DNA of 34,192 nucleotides, taken from an uncultured euryarchaeote (GTDB lineage Archaea > Thermoplasmatota > Poseidoniia > Poseidoniales > Poseidoniaceae). The stretch's first letter is position 1. Every line of letters begins with the position of its first letter. The stretch is taken from NCBI GenBank assembly GCA_937897005.1, contig CALCOQ010000139.1, positions 1 through 34,192 on the forward strand, given 5' to 3'. The notes under the pieces were generated by a model that saw only the letters and a list, made by a program, of their open reading frames with translations, was not told the DNA's origin and made no database searches. Positions 17,125 through 25,795 of this stretch are shown here, one piece after another. The translations under genes and the position numbers were made by a program.

Positions 17125-19203
17125 ATGTCTGAGCATCAACCCTACGTTCCAGCGGACAAGGTGTTACCGGAGTTGACCACCCGGGTCATAGTCATCGGAA
17201 TTATACTCGGTGCGGTTATGACAGCAGCCAATGCTTACCTAGGGATGTTGGTAGGTATGACAGTAAGTGCATCGATTCCCGCTGCGGTCATGTCGATGTT
17301 GATTCTGCGCGGTTTCAAATTCGATGATGTATCCATTCTTGAGAATAATTCCGTTCAGACAATGGCATCGGCTGGAGAAAGCCTTGCTGCAGGTATCATC
17401 TTCACAGTACCTGCATTGTTGGTTATGGGAATCTGGTCGGACATCAACTGGGTTGACACTTTCATCATCGCCTTTCTAGGTGGTGTTCTCGGAACGATGT
17501 TCACCATAGCACTGCGCAGGGTGTTCATAGTTGAGGAAGCACTGCCATATCCTGAAGGCGTGGCATGCAGGGAAGTTCTGGTATCTGGTGAAGAAGGCGG
17601 AAGTGGATTGATCGCTATCATCTATGCCCTGATCATTGGCGGTCTGTTCGGTTGGTGTGTCAAGGGGATGCATCTGGTCAAGCATAGTGTTCACAGAGCA
17701 TTCGACCTTGGAGGTGTACGTGCATATGTGGGTTCAGAGATGTCGATTGCCCTGTTCTCAGTGGGATACATCGTTGGTTTGCGGATTGCATCATTCATAT
17801 TCTTGGGAGGTGTACTCGGGTTCGGCGTTCTAGTGCCGCTATATGGTATGGTCAACGGTTGGCCAGCCGGCATCAGTTCGACAGATGCATTCATGGTGAT
17901 CTGGAATGAGCAGATCCGATTCGTTGGAGTCGGAGCCATGGTTGTTGGCGGGGTCTACACTCTATGGACGATGCGGAAGACCATCATGACCGGATTCAAG
18001 AAAGCCTTGAATTTCACGGATCTGGATGAAACCGAGGAGCAACTCCGGACAGAGATAGATATCGACATGCGTAAAGTTTTGATCGTATGTGGAGTTATTG
18101 CAGCGTTGACATTCCTGTTTTATTGGTGGAGAACAGGCAGTCTTGTCCTTGCCATTGTCGGAGCATTATTCCTCGCTGTTGCAGCCTTCTTCTTCTCTGC
18201 AGTTGCCGGATATATCGCCGGAGTCGTTGGTTCAAGCAATTCACCAGTTTCTGGAATGACGATTGCGACATTGCTGTTTACTGCCATGATCGTCTGGGTT
18301 GTTGGTGACTTCATCCTCGGGATGAGAAAAGAGGACCTTATGTACGCTACTCTGATCATCGCAGCTGTCGTGGCTGTGAATGCAGCCATCGCTGGAGATG
18401 TGATGCAGGATCTCAAGACAGGGCATATGGTTGGAGCAACTCCGTACAAACAACAGATCGCTGAAATCATCGGTGTGGTGGTTGGTGCCATTGTCATTGG
18501 ACCAGTGTTGTGGTTGCTTAATGAAGCATTCAGAATCACCAAGACACATTGTTATGACAACCCCCCTAACAACTGGGACCCGGCTAAGGAAACTTTGCAA
18601 CAGGCGTGTGAGGGAGCATTATTGGCCCCGCAAGCAGAACTGATAGGTTCTATCATCCAAGGGATTTTTGGTGGCGAGTTGAATTTACCAATGATCACAT
18701 TAGGTGCGCTCATTGCCGTGATAATCATATGGCGGAAGATGCCAGTCATGTCAGTCGCCATTGGCATCTACCTTCCTCTTTCTCTCTCAGTGCCTATCAT
18801 GGTAGGAGGCCTTGTCAGCCACATTGTTGTGAAATCGGCTCACAGGAGGGTTGACGGAGAGTTGCTCGATGAGCCTTCACAAGAGGCGTTGGAGGCTGGT
18901 GAAGAGGTGGCTTCTCGTGGCGTTCTTCTGGGAGCGGGATTCATTGCAGGAGAATCGCTGATGGGAGTGTTAATCGCTTTCATCATCGTGGTTTGGAATG
19001 AGCCACATGAACTCATCGGATTGGGAGAACTTGGAGATTTCTGGACACTGTTGTTCTATGGATGGTTCATCGCAGTGTTCGTATTCTTGGTTTCCCGTTC
19101 ATTGCCGCTGAGTAAAGACGGCTCCAATCTCATCACTGATACAATGGCAGTGATTTCTGATGGTTTCAAACGATTCATCCGAGCATTCTCGCCTCAGAAA
19201 TGA
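17125..19203 (+). CDS. OPT-family oligopeptide transporter (YSL-like prokaryotic clade)
   Basis: AANAYLG..GMTVSASIPAAV, ENNSVQTMASAGES, LPYPEGVAC, GSSNSPVSG, QDLKTG..VGATP..QQ, APQA, GFIAGE. Confidence 0.95.
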   Translation: MSEHQPYVPADKVLPELTTRVIVIGIILGAVMTAANAYLGMLVGMTVSASIPAAVMSMLILRGFKFDDVSILENNSVQTMASAGESLAAGIIFTVPALLVMGIWSDINWVDTFIIAFLGGVLGTMFTIALRRVFIVEEALPYPEGVACREVLVSGEEGGSGLIAIIYALIIGGLFGWCVKGMHLVKHSVHRAFDLGGVRAYVGSEMSIALFSVGYIVGLRIASFIFLGGVLGFGVLVPLYGMVNGWPAGISSTDAFMVIWNEQIRFVGVGAMVVGGVYTLWTMRKTIMTGFKKALNFTDLDETEEQLRTEIDIDMRKVLIVCGVIAALTFLFYWWRTGSLVLAIVGALFLAVAAFFFSAVAGYIAGVVGSSNSPVSGMTIATLLFTAMIVWVVGDFILGMRKEDLMYATLIIAAVVAVNAAIAGDVMQDLKTGHMVGATPYKQQIAEIIGVVVGAIVIGPVLWLLNEAFRITKTHCYDNPPNNWDPAKETLQQACEGALLAPQAELIGSIIQGIFGGELNLPMITLGALIAVIIIWRKMPVMSVAIGIYLPLSLSVPIMVGGLVSHIVVKSAHRRVDGELLDEPSQEALEAGEEVASRGVLLGAGFIAGESLMGVLIAFIIVVWNEPHELIGLGELGDFWTLLFYGWFIAVFVFLVSRSLPLSKDGSNLITDTMAVISDGFKRFIRAFSPQK

Positions 19204-19284
19204 TTGCGCTTGTCGATTTTGCTCGCGACTGAAGATGTGAATGTTGAAAGGCCCCATCGACAGCCATCTACATGAGGGGAGTCA

Positions 19285-20130
19285 ATGATGGTGACAGAAC
19301 CGAGCAGGACTGCACGATTGGAAGACATCGCCAGGCATTGTAGGGCACATATTCTCAGGATGACTCATCGTGCTGCTGCAGGCCATCCGGGGGGCTCGTT
19401 ATCTGAAATTGACATTCTCACAGCACTATATCATCAGCGTCTCAGGGTAAGGCCTGAAGAACCAGATTGGCCGGATAGAGACCGTTTCATTCTATCCAAA
19501 GGACACGCAAGTCCAGGGATGTATGCAATTCTTGCAGAGAAGGGATTCATAACCCATTCAGATCTTGAATCATATCGCGTACTTGGAGGAATCTGTCAGG
19601 GGCATGTGGATATGAAATGGACTCCCGGGGTTGATTTCAGTGCAGGCTCACTTGGTATGGGACTATCTTTTGGAATTGGCTGTTCAATCGCCGCACGACT
19701 CGATGAGAGTGAACGCACAACTTGGGTCATGTTGGGTGATGGTGAACTTCAGGAAGGCAGCGTGTGGGAAGCGGTCATGGCTGCAAAACATCACGAGCTT
19801 GGCAATCTGAAGGTGATAGTTGATATGAACGGCATCCAGAATGATGATTTTGTCGATGTGCAGATGAGGATGTTCGATATACCAGCAAAGTGGTCTGGTT
19901 TCGGGTGGCCTGTGAAGGTTATCGATGGCCATGATATGGAGGAGATACTGGATGGTATTGCATGGGCAGATTCCATCACTGACGGTCCTGCCGTCATCAT
20001 TGCGCATACAGTCAAAGGCAAAGGTGTATCATTCATGGAGAACAACCCTGCATTTCATGGAGCAGCGCCTTCTGACGAGCAGTTGGCCCAAGGTCTTGAG
20101 GAATTAGGATTTGATGGGGGTGAACTCTGA
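19285..20130 (+). CDS. tktA: Transketolase, N-terminal (ThDP-binding) subunit
   Basis: GHPGGSLS, DRDRFILSKGH, GSLGMG, GDGELQEG, TVKGKGVSFME. GAGGGGG RBS. Confidence 0.95.
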   Translation: MMVTEPSRTARLEDIARHCRAHILRMTHRAAAGHPGGSLSEIDILTALYHQRLRVRPEEPDWPDRDRFILSKGHASPGMYAILAEKGFITHSDLESYRVLGGICQGHVDMKWTPGVDFSAGSLGMGLSFGIGCSIAARLDESERTTWVMLGDGELQEGSVWEAVMAAKHHELGNLKVIVDMNGIQNDDFVDVQMRMFDIPAKWSGFGWPVKVIDGHDMEEILDGIAWADSITDGPAVIIAHTVKGKGVSFMENNPAFHGAAPSDEQLAQGLEELGFDGGEL

Positions 20131-21068
20131 TGATGGCTGCTTCACGTGATGGATACGGAGATGGTTTGCTGGAGATTTCAAATGACCGGCATGTGGTCGT
20201 GCTCGAAGCAGATCTCGGCAAATCAACTAAATCTCTTCATTTCAGGAAGGCAAACCCAGAGAGAACAGTATCCTGTGGTATCGGCGAGCAGAACATGATG
20301 CTCATCGCAGCCGGACTTGCATCTTGTGGATACAAACCATTCGCAAGCACATTCGCCATTTTTACTGAGCGCGCTTTTGAGCAGGTGCGAAACGGTATCG
20401 CCCGCCCGAATCTACCGGTTCATATCTGCGGTAGTCATGGAGGTAGCCATACAGGAACCGATGGCAGCAGTGCACAATCGATAGAGGATCTTGCTATTTA
20501 CCGCAGTCTTCCAAACATGACCGTAATGCATCCTTGTGATGATGTCAGTGCCAGTGTTTTGACTCAACAATGTCTTGAATTATCCGGCCCTTCGTACATG
20601 CGCACTGCAAGGAACAAGACTCCAGTCATCCATGCTGAAAGGGAAGCAGAATTACAAATCGGCAAAGGGGTGTTGTTGAAGCAAGGAAGCGATGTTGCGT
20701 TGATCGCCTGTGGAGTATTGGTGAGTAAATCCCTCGAAGCAGCAGCTGAATTGGAGAATGCTGGGATTTCTGCATGTGTTATCGATATGCATACAATAAA
20801 GCCGCTTGATACGAAACTCCTCGACGATATTGTCATAGATACTGGATGTGTTGTGACTGCAGAAGACCACTCGATCATTGGAGGTCTTGGCGGAGCGGTT
20901 GCGGAACATCTATCCTCATCCACTCCAGTCCCTTTGGAAAGAGTCGGAGTCAAGGATAGATTCGGCGAGTCTGGTCAAGCAGAGGAAATGCTGGATCTAC
21001 TGAATATCAATACTGCTGACATCGTTGAGGCAGCAAAGCGAGCGATTGAAAGAAAGAACAGGAGTTGA
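20130..21068 (+). CDS. tktB: Transketolase, C-terminal subunit
   Basis: ADLGKST, GIGEQNM, STFAIF, GTDGSSAQSIEDLA, TIKPLD, AEDHSIIGGLG, DRFGESG. 1-bp overlap with the upstream stop. Confidence 0.95.
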   Translation: MMAASRDGYGDGLLEISNDRHVVVLEADLGKSTKSLHFRKANPERTVSCGIGEQNMMLIAAGLASCGYKPFASTFAIFTERAFEQVRNGIARPNLPVHICGSHGGSHTGTDGSSAQSIEDLAIYRSLPNMTVMHPCDDVSASVLTQQCLELSGPSYMRTARNKTPVIHAEREAELQIGKGVLLKQGSDVALIACGVLVSKSLEAAAELENAGISACVIDMHTIKPLDTKLLDDIVIDTGCVVTAEDHSIIGGLGGAVAEHLSSSTPVPLERVGVKDRFGESGQAEEMLDLLNINTADIVEAAKRAIERKNRS

Positions 21069-21072
21069 GAAC

Positions 21073-21735
21073 ATGGAATTTTTCTTGGACACAGCAGAGA
21101 TTGAAGAGGTACGTGAGATTGCAGCATGGGGTATTCTTGATGGAGTTACCACCAATCCAAGTCTGATCAAGAAATCCGGACGTGATTTCAAGCAGGTGGT
21201 CCGTGAGATTGCTGAGATATGTGATGGTCCCATTTCGGCTGAAGTCACCGCAATGGATACCGAGGGGATGGTTGAACAGGGCCTGGCATTGAAGGATGAA
21301 CTGCCTGATAATGTAATCATCAAGGTTCCATGTACCCCTGAAGGTCTGGCTGCGACCAAGATTCTATCCGACCAAGGAATCGGCGTCAATGTCACTTTGA
21401 TATTCAATGCCTCCCAAGCAGTCATGGCCGCCAAGGCTGGAGCGATGTATGTTTCTCCCTTCATAGGTCGTATCGATGATACTGGGGCAGATGGAATGGA
21501 TCTGATGGCTGAAATCATGACGATATGGGATTATTATCCGGAACTGGACACCAAGGTACTTGCTGCTTCGATCAGAAATCCCATGCATATTCTTCAAGCC
21601 ATGCAAATGGGCACTCATACTGCAACAATGCCTACCAATATTTTCAGACAACTGGTAAAGCACCCATTGACTGACAAGGGTCTTCAACAATTCTTGGATG
21701 ATTGGACAGAAGTCGAGGCTGCAGGCAACGCATGA
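21073..21735 (+). CDS. tal: Transaldolase (short TalC/FSA-fold type)
   Basis: FFLDTA, GVTTNPSL, ISAEV (Glu), IKVP (Schiff-base Lys), NVTLIF, VSPFIGR (Phe), AASIR, HPLTDKGL. The Glu/Phe pair indicates transaldolase rather than FSA. ATG 21073 follows AGGAG. Confidence 0.92.
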   Translation: MEFFLDTAEIEEVREIAAWGILDGVTTNPSLIKKSGRDFKQVVREIAEICDGPISAEVTAMDTEGMVEQGLALKDELPDNVIIKVPCTPEGLAATKILSDQGIGVNVTLIFNASQAVMAAKAGAMYVSPFIGRIDDTGADGMDLMAEIMTIWDYYPELDTKVLAASIRNPMHILQAMQMGTHTATMPTNIFRQLVKHPLTDKGLQQFLDDWTEVEAAGNA

Positions 21736-21821
21736 ACCCCATCCCTGCTCCAGTTGCAGGATATGACTCTCAAAAGCCTTGAAGAAGGGATGCAGGGTCA
21801 ACTAGTCTCGGAGGACTCCAC

Positions 21822-22367
21822 TTGAGTGATAGCAAGGGTAAACTTCAGCAGTTGCTGGATGGGGAACTGGACCCTTCAGAAATTGCCAATGACCCGACCT
21901 TGTCCAGTCTTGCTGAAAGAATATATGGAATGGATATCAAGGCTCTGATGGCCGAGAAGGGCATCATCACCCCCATTTCCAAGGATGAAGATCCAGCCAC
22001 ATCCACAGGGATTTCCTCGAATCCAATGGTGGAAGTGATTCCGGAAGCATCCTCTCTAATGGCAATACCACCACCTCCAGCACCAATTCCCGGAACAGTT
22101 GCTACAGGTAGAAAGCCATTGTTCATCATTCTAGGATTGTTGGCTTTAGGTGTTTCAATCTTCAATCTGATCGTCGGACTAGGAGAGATATACAATCCAT
22201 GTACATCTGATTGGTGCTCACAGAACATGAAGTTGAACTGGCTATCTCCACACCAGATTTCCAGCGATACCGGTTGGGGACATGTCGGCACTCCTGGGGT
22301 TCCTGATTATGCGATGATTGCTGGCGGTACGATACTGACTATTCTTGGATTGCGAAAGAAGGCATGA
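21822..22367 (+). CDS. Hypothetical membrane protein (2 TM, Pro-rich linker)
   Basis: TTG start with GGAGG upstream, two hydrophobic helices around a Cys-pair loop, ends 6 bp before proS. Confidence 0.75.
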   Translation: MSDSKGKLQQLLDGELDPSEIANDPTLSSLAERIYGMDIKALMAEKGIITPISKDEDPATSTGISSNPMVEVIPEASSLMAIPPPPAPIPGTVATGRKPLFIILGLLALGVSIFNLIVGLGEIYNPCTSDWCSQNMKLNWLSPHQISSDTGWGHVGTPGVPDYAMIAGGTILTILGLRKKA

Positions 22368-22373
22368 GGTGGA

Positions 22374-23900
22374 ATGATGACTCAGCCCGCCAAAGCCAAA
22401 CGTGGCATTCCAGCAAAATCAGATTTCACTGAATGGTATCCATTCATGGTAGAGGCTGCAGAATTGGTCGATAAGAGATATCCTATCAAAGGCATGGATG
22501 TCTGGAGACCATATGGTTGGAAAACGATGCGCCTGATCGATGATGTCACCCATGGAGAGATGGAGAGAACCGAACACGAGGAAGTAAGATTCCCCCTCTT
22601 GATACCCGAGAATCTTTTGGAGAAGGAGAATGTGTTGGTCGCAAGGCTCCAGCGAGCACGGGAGGAAGGAGTGAACCCCGATGAACTGAGAGACGAGGAA
22701 GAGGATGCTGGTTTCAAGAAAGAAGTGTATTGGGTGAAACATGCTGGCGATAATGATCTGGATGTTCCGATGTTCTTGCGCCCAACTTCTGAAACTGCCA
22801 TTTATACTCTGTTTCCTCTATGGATCAGAAGCCATGCTGACCTTCCACTGAAGACATATCAGATCGTCAACACCTTTCGTTATGAGACAAAGCAGACTCG
22901 TTCCTTCATCAGGGTCCGCGAGATACATTTCTTTGAGGCACATACTGCCCATATAGACGAGGATTGTGCATCTAGACAAATAGAAGAAGACCTCGAGATA
23001 GTGAGACGAATAATGGATGCTCTTTGTCTACCTGTCCTAATGGCAAAACGGCCTGTTTGGGATACATTTCCAGGTGCATGGTACACAATCGGCATAGATG
23101 TAGTAATGCCAAATGGAAGAACATTACAAGTAGCAAGCTGTCATCATTATAGAGATCAATGGGCCAAAGCATTTGACATCAAATATGAGGGTGAAAATGG
23201 AGAATTCGAGTATTGTCATCAGACGACATATGGTATGTCGGAAAGATTGCTTGGGGCAGTTGTCGGGATGCATGGAGATGATTCCGGATTGATAATGCCT
23301 CCCCGTATTGCACCTATACAGGCCATTGTGATTCCTGTTCTGAAGAAAGGCTCAGAACAGTTGGTAGTGGATGAAGCCAGAGCATTGTTGGCAGAATTGA
23401 AGGATGCTGGCATTCGCTGCCGTATCGATGAACGCGACTTGAGGCCCGGTCAGAAATACTATGATTGGGAGATCAAAGGAGTCCCACTCAGGTTGGAATT
23501 AGGTACCCGAGATATTGAGAATGCTACAGTATTTGCAGCAAAACGTACCGGAGGAAAGACTCCATTACCAAGAAATGATATCATTTCATCTGTAAAATTA
23601 CAATTGGCTGAGGTCGAAGCTGAATTGAAGTCTCGGGCCTCAATGCACATGGAGGGCAGAGTCAAACCTCTACCAAAATTGATTCAATCTGAAACGGGAT
23701 GGAGTCTGGAAGAGGACCTCGAGGAGGGGATTGTTCACGAGATTGCCTTCGATGGTAGTGATGCCGATGCGGAAGTGATTGAACGTACTACCGGCTTGTC
23801 TTTCCTAGGTGATGCTGTGGAACAATATACTGAGGAGCGACCGTGTGCAGTGACCCGTAAGCCCACGAAGCGAAGAGTCTGGTTAGCGAGAACCTATTGA
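22374..23900 (+). CDS. proS: Prolyl-tRNA synthetase, archaeal/eukaryotic type
   Basis: DFTEWY, YPIKG, LRPTSET, DLPLK.YQ..NTFRYETK..R.FIRVREI.FFEAHT, HQTTYGMSER, GD..GL..PP, WEIKGVPLR.ELG, terminal ARTY. Confidence 0.97.
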   Translation: MMTQPAKAKRGIPAKSDFTEWYPFMVEAAELVDKRYPIKGMDVWRPYGWKTMRLIDDVTHGEMERTEHEEVRFPLLIPENLLEKENVLVARLQRAREEGVNPDELRDEEEDAGFKKEVYWVKHAGDNDLDVPMFLRPTSETAIYTLFPLWIRSHADLPLKTYQIVNTFRYETKQTRSFIRVREIHFFEAHTAHIDEDCASRQIEEDLEIVRRIMDALCLPVLMAKRPVWDTFPGAWYTIGIDVVMPNGRTLQVASCHHYRDQWAKAFDIKYEGENGEFEYCHQTTYGMSERLLGAVVGMHGDDSGLIMPPRIAPIQAIVIPVLKKGSEQLVVDEARALLAELKDAGIRCRIDERDLRPGQKYYDWEIKGVPLRLELGTRDIENATVFAAKRTGGKTPLPRNDIISSVKLQLAEVEAELKSRASMHMEGRVKPLPKLIQSETGWSLEEDLEEGIVHEIAFDGSDADAEVIERTTGLSFLGDAVEQYTEERPCAVTRKPTKRRVWLARTY

Positions 23901-25087
23901 ACACCACGTTCAATCAATATCCTGACAGCTACCAACAGTGCTCTTTCATCATCCAAGGCCCAATGCTCACCAAGACTATCCACCATATGGGCGCGGGGTT
24001 TGCCCTCATCACCAATATCCTCTAATCGGTTAGCCACAACTGCAGTCATTCCTGCATTCTTTATCTGAGCTAATGCCCTATGAACAAGATCAGCAATTTT
24101 GACTCCTGACTCAAGTTTGAAGCCGATTCTGACACTGCCTTCGCATGCTTCTTTCAATTCCTCGATATGCTTTGAACCCTCTATGAGGGAAATCTGCCAA
24201 TCTCCTTGCTGTGAGCCGAATTTCCCTTCTATGGGAGACTCTACGAGATAGTCCAGAACTGCAGCACAATGCACCCAAGCGCTGATGGAATCATTTGCCA
24301 AAGCTTTGAGTTCCCTAAGCATCAATTGTGGGTCTGGAGCATCTATCACCAATGGTAGTCTGAATGCAGGAGTGGCGGTACAGGCTCCCGCTACTACTGT
24401 TACGTCGTGTCCTAATCGGTGCAGGTCCTCGGCGACCTTCCATCCCGTGGCGCCGCTGCTGGTGTTCTGTATGTATCGAATATCATCAATACTACTGCGG
24501 GTGGCACCAAGGGTCACAACAACAGATCTTCTATCAGCCAATCTTGAATTCAACATGTGTGAAAATGCAGCAACAATGCTGACTGGGTCATCTTGCTTCC
24601 TCTTTCCTTCGATGAACGGGCCCCAATGCAACTGCATCCCAAACCTTTGGAGTTCGGCCTCTAATTCTTCTGTAATGGGGTCCGCAGCGAGGTCTTCATG
24701 CATACTGGGGACCAACATTACCGGAACTTTACGACCACGTGCTGCTGACAATGCCATCAGAAGTGGAGTATCCATCATTCCTTGAACCAAACCAGCCATA
24801 TGGTGGCGAGTTGCGGGACAGACCAAGGCTGCATCAAAATCATCGAGTTGCATCATTTCACCATCCCAATCGAGAATGACCCCGGAATCACTGGCCCAAG
24901 ACAGTGCCAGTGGAGTGATGATCTTCTGTGCTGAATGAGTCATCACGACTTGCACCACAGCACCATATCGGCGCAATTCTCTTGCCACCTTCACGGAATC
25001 AACCGCAGCGATACCTCCAGTGACGCCAAGCAGAATGCGCTTCCCTTCCAGCCCCGGCCCGTGAAAGTCGACACTGGTGTCTCGCAT
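23894..25087 (-). CDS. coaBC: Bifunctional phosphopantothenoylcysteine decarboxylase/ligase (Dfp)
   Basis: ILLGVTGGIAA, VVMT..A, CPAT, PSMH, TLGATRSSIDDIRYIQNTSSGATG, AAVLDY, GFKLES, VVANRL. Start moved to ATG 25087. Confidence 0.88.
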   Translation of the reverse strand: MRDTSVDFHGPGLEGKRILLGVTGGIAAVDSVKVARELRRYGAVVQVVMTHSAQKIITPLALSWASDSGVILDWDGEMMQLDDFDAALVCPATRHHMAGLVQGMMDTPLLMALSAARGRKVPVMLVPSMHEDLAADPITEELEAELQRFGMQLHWGPFIEGKRKQDDPVSIVAAFSHMLNSRLADRRSVVVTLGATRSSIDDIRYIQNTSSGATGWKVAEDLHRLGHDVTVVAGACTATPAFRLPLVIDAPDPQLMLRELKALANDSISAWVHCAAVLDYLVESPIEGKFGSQQGDWQISLIEGSKHIEELKEACEGSVRIGFKLESGVKIADLVHRALAQIKNAGMTAVVANRLEDIGDEGKPRAHMVDSLGEHWALDDERALLVAVRILIERGVQ

Positions 25088-25184
25088 CCGTTCCACATAT
25101 GTTCGCAGTAAGAACTGCACAAAGCCCCTTCGGCTGAATATACAACCGGTTGTATGATGAAGTGCTCATGATTGGCACCGTTTG

Positions 25185-25793
25185 ATGGCCAAGGATCCAG
25201 ATGAACTGGTAATGGCGGGTAGCGTACCCACTAATCATTCGCGACATCCACTGGAAGCTTTACATCGCCAGATCAGCTTCGTGATGATTGGAACCATTTT
25301 TCTGTTCGCATTATTCGTCTGGTCAATTCTGAATGGAATATCCTCAGGTTTTGGTTGGGTTGCCATACTCCCCTGTATCATTCTGGGAATGATATGGTCT
25401 GGATTCAGGAGTCGCAAGGAATGGGCTTATCCATTCGCAGTCGGGCTCAATGCCGCAGCCATCGTTCTCTTTGGGTTGATGTCAATCATCTTCTTGTTGA
25501 GTGGAGATGCACTTTCCATGTTGCTTGGTATCTTACTGTTGTTCACTGCCATCGCTTCAACAAGGAGATTGAACATAATGCGAAATACTTTGTTCAAGGC
25601 TTGGTATCTAGGATTGGAGATTCCAATGTATGGAATGAATCTACAACAAGGAGAGATTTACGCCTCTTGCCCACATTGCTCATCAATTCTAGCCATCAAG
25701 CCAGCACGGTTATCTCAAGATGATAAATGTCCATCATGCGGCGACAACCTCGTATCCGAAGAAAGCGCTCAGAGAGTGAAAGAAGAAGAGTGA
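25185..25793 (+). CDS. Hypothetical 4-TM membrane protein with C-terminal Zn ribbon
   Basis: Four hydrophobic segments followed by CPHC-x16-CPSC. Confidence 0.8.
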   Translation: MAKDPDELVMAGSVPTNHSRHPLEALHRQISFVMIGTIFLFALFVWSILNGISSGFGWVAILPCIILGMIWSGFRSRKEWAYPFAVGLNAAAIVLFGLMSIIFLLSGDALSMLLGILLLFTAIASTRRLNIMRNTLFKAWYLGLEIPMYGMNLQQGEIYASCPHCSSILAIKPARLSQDDKCPSCGDNLVSEESAQRVKEEE

Positions 25794-25795
25794 AC

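Noticed and set aside
21073-21735. Fructose-6-phosphate aldolase (FSA)
   Set aside because: It has Glu (SAEV) and Phe (SPFIGR) rather than Gln/Tyr, and it lies in a transketolase operon.
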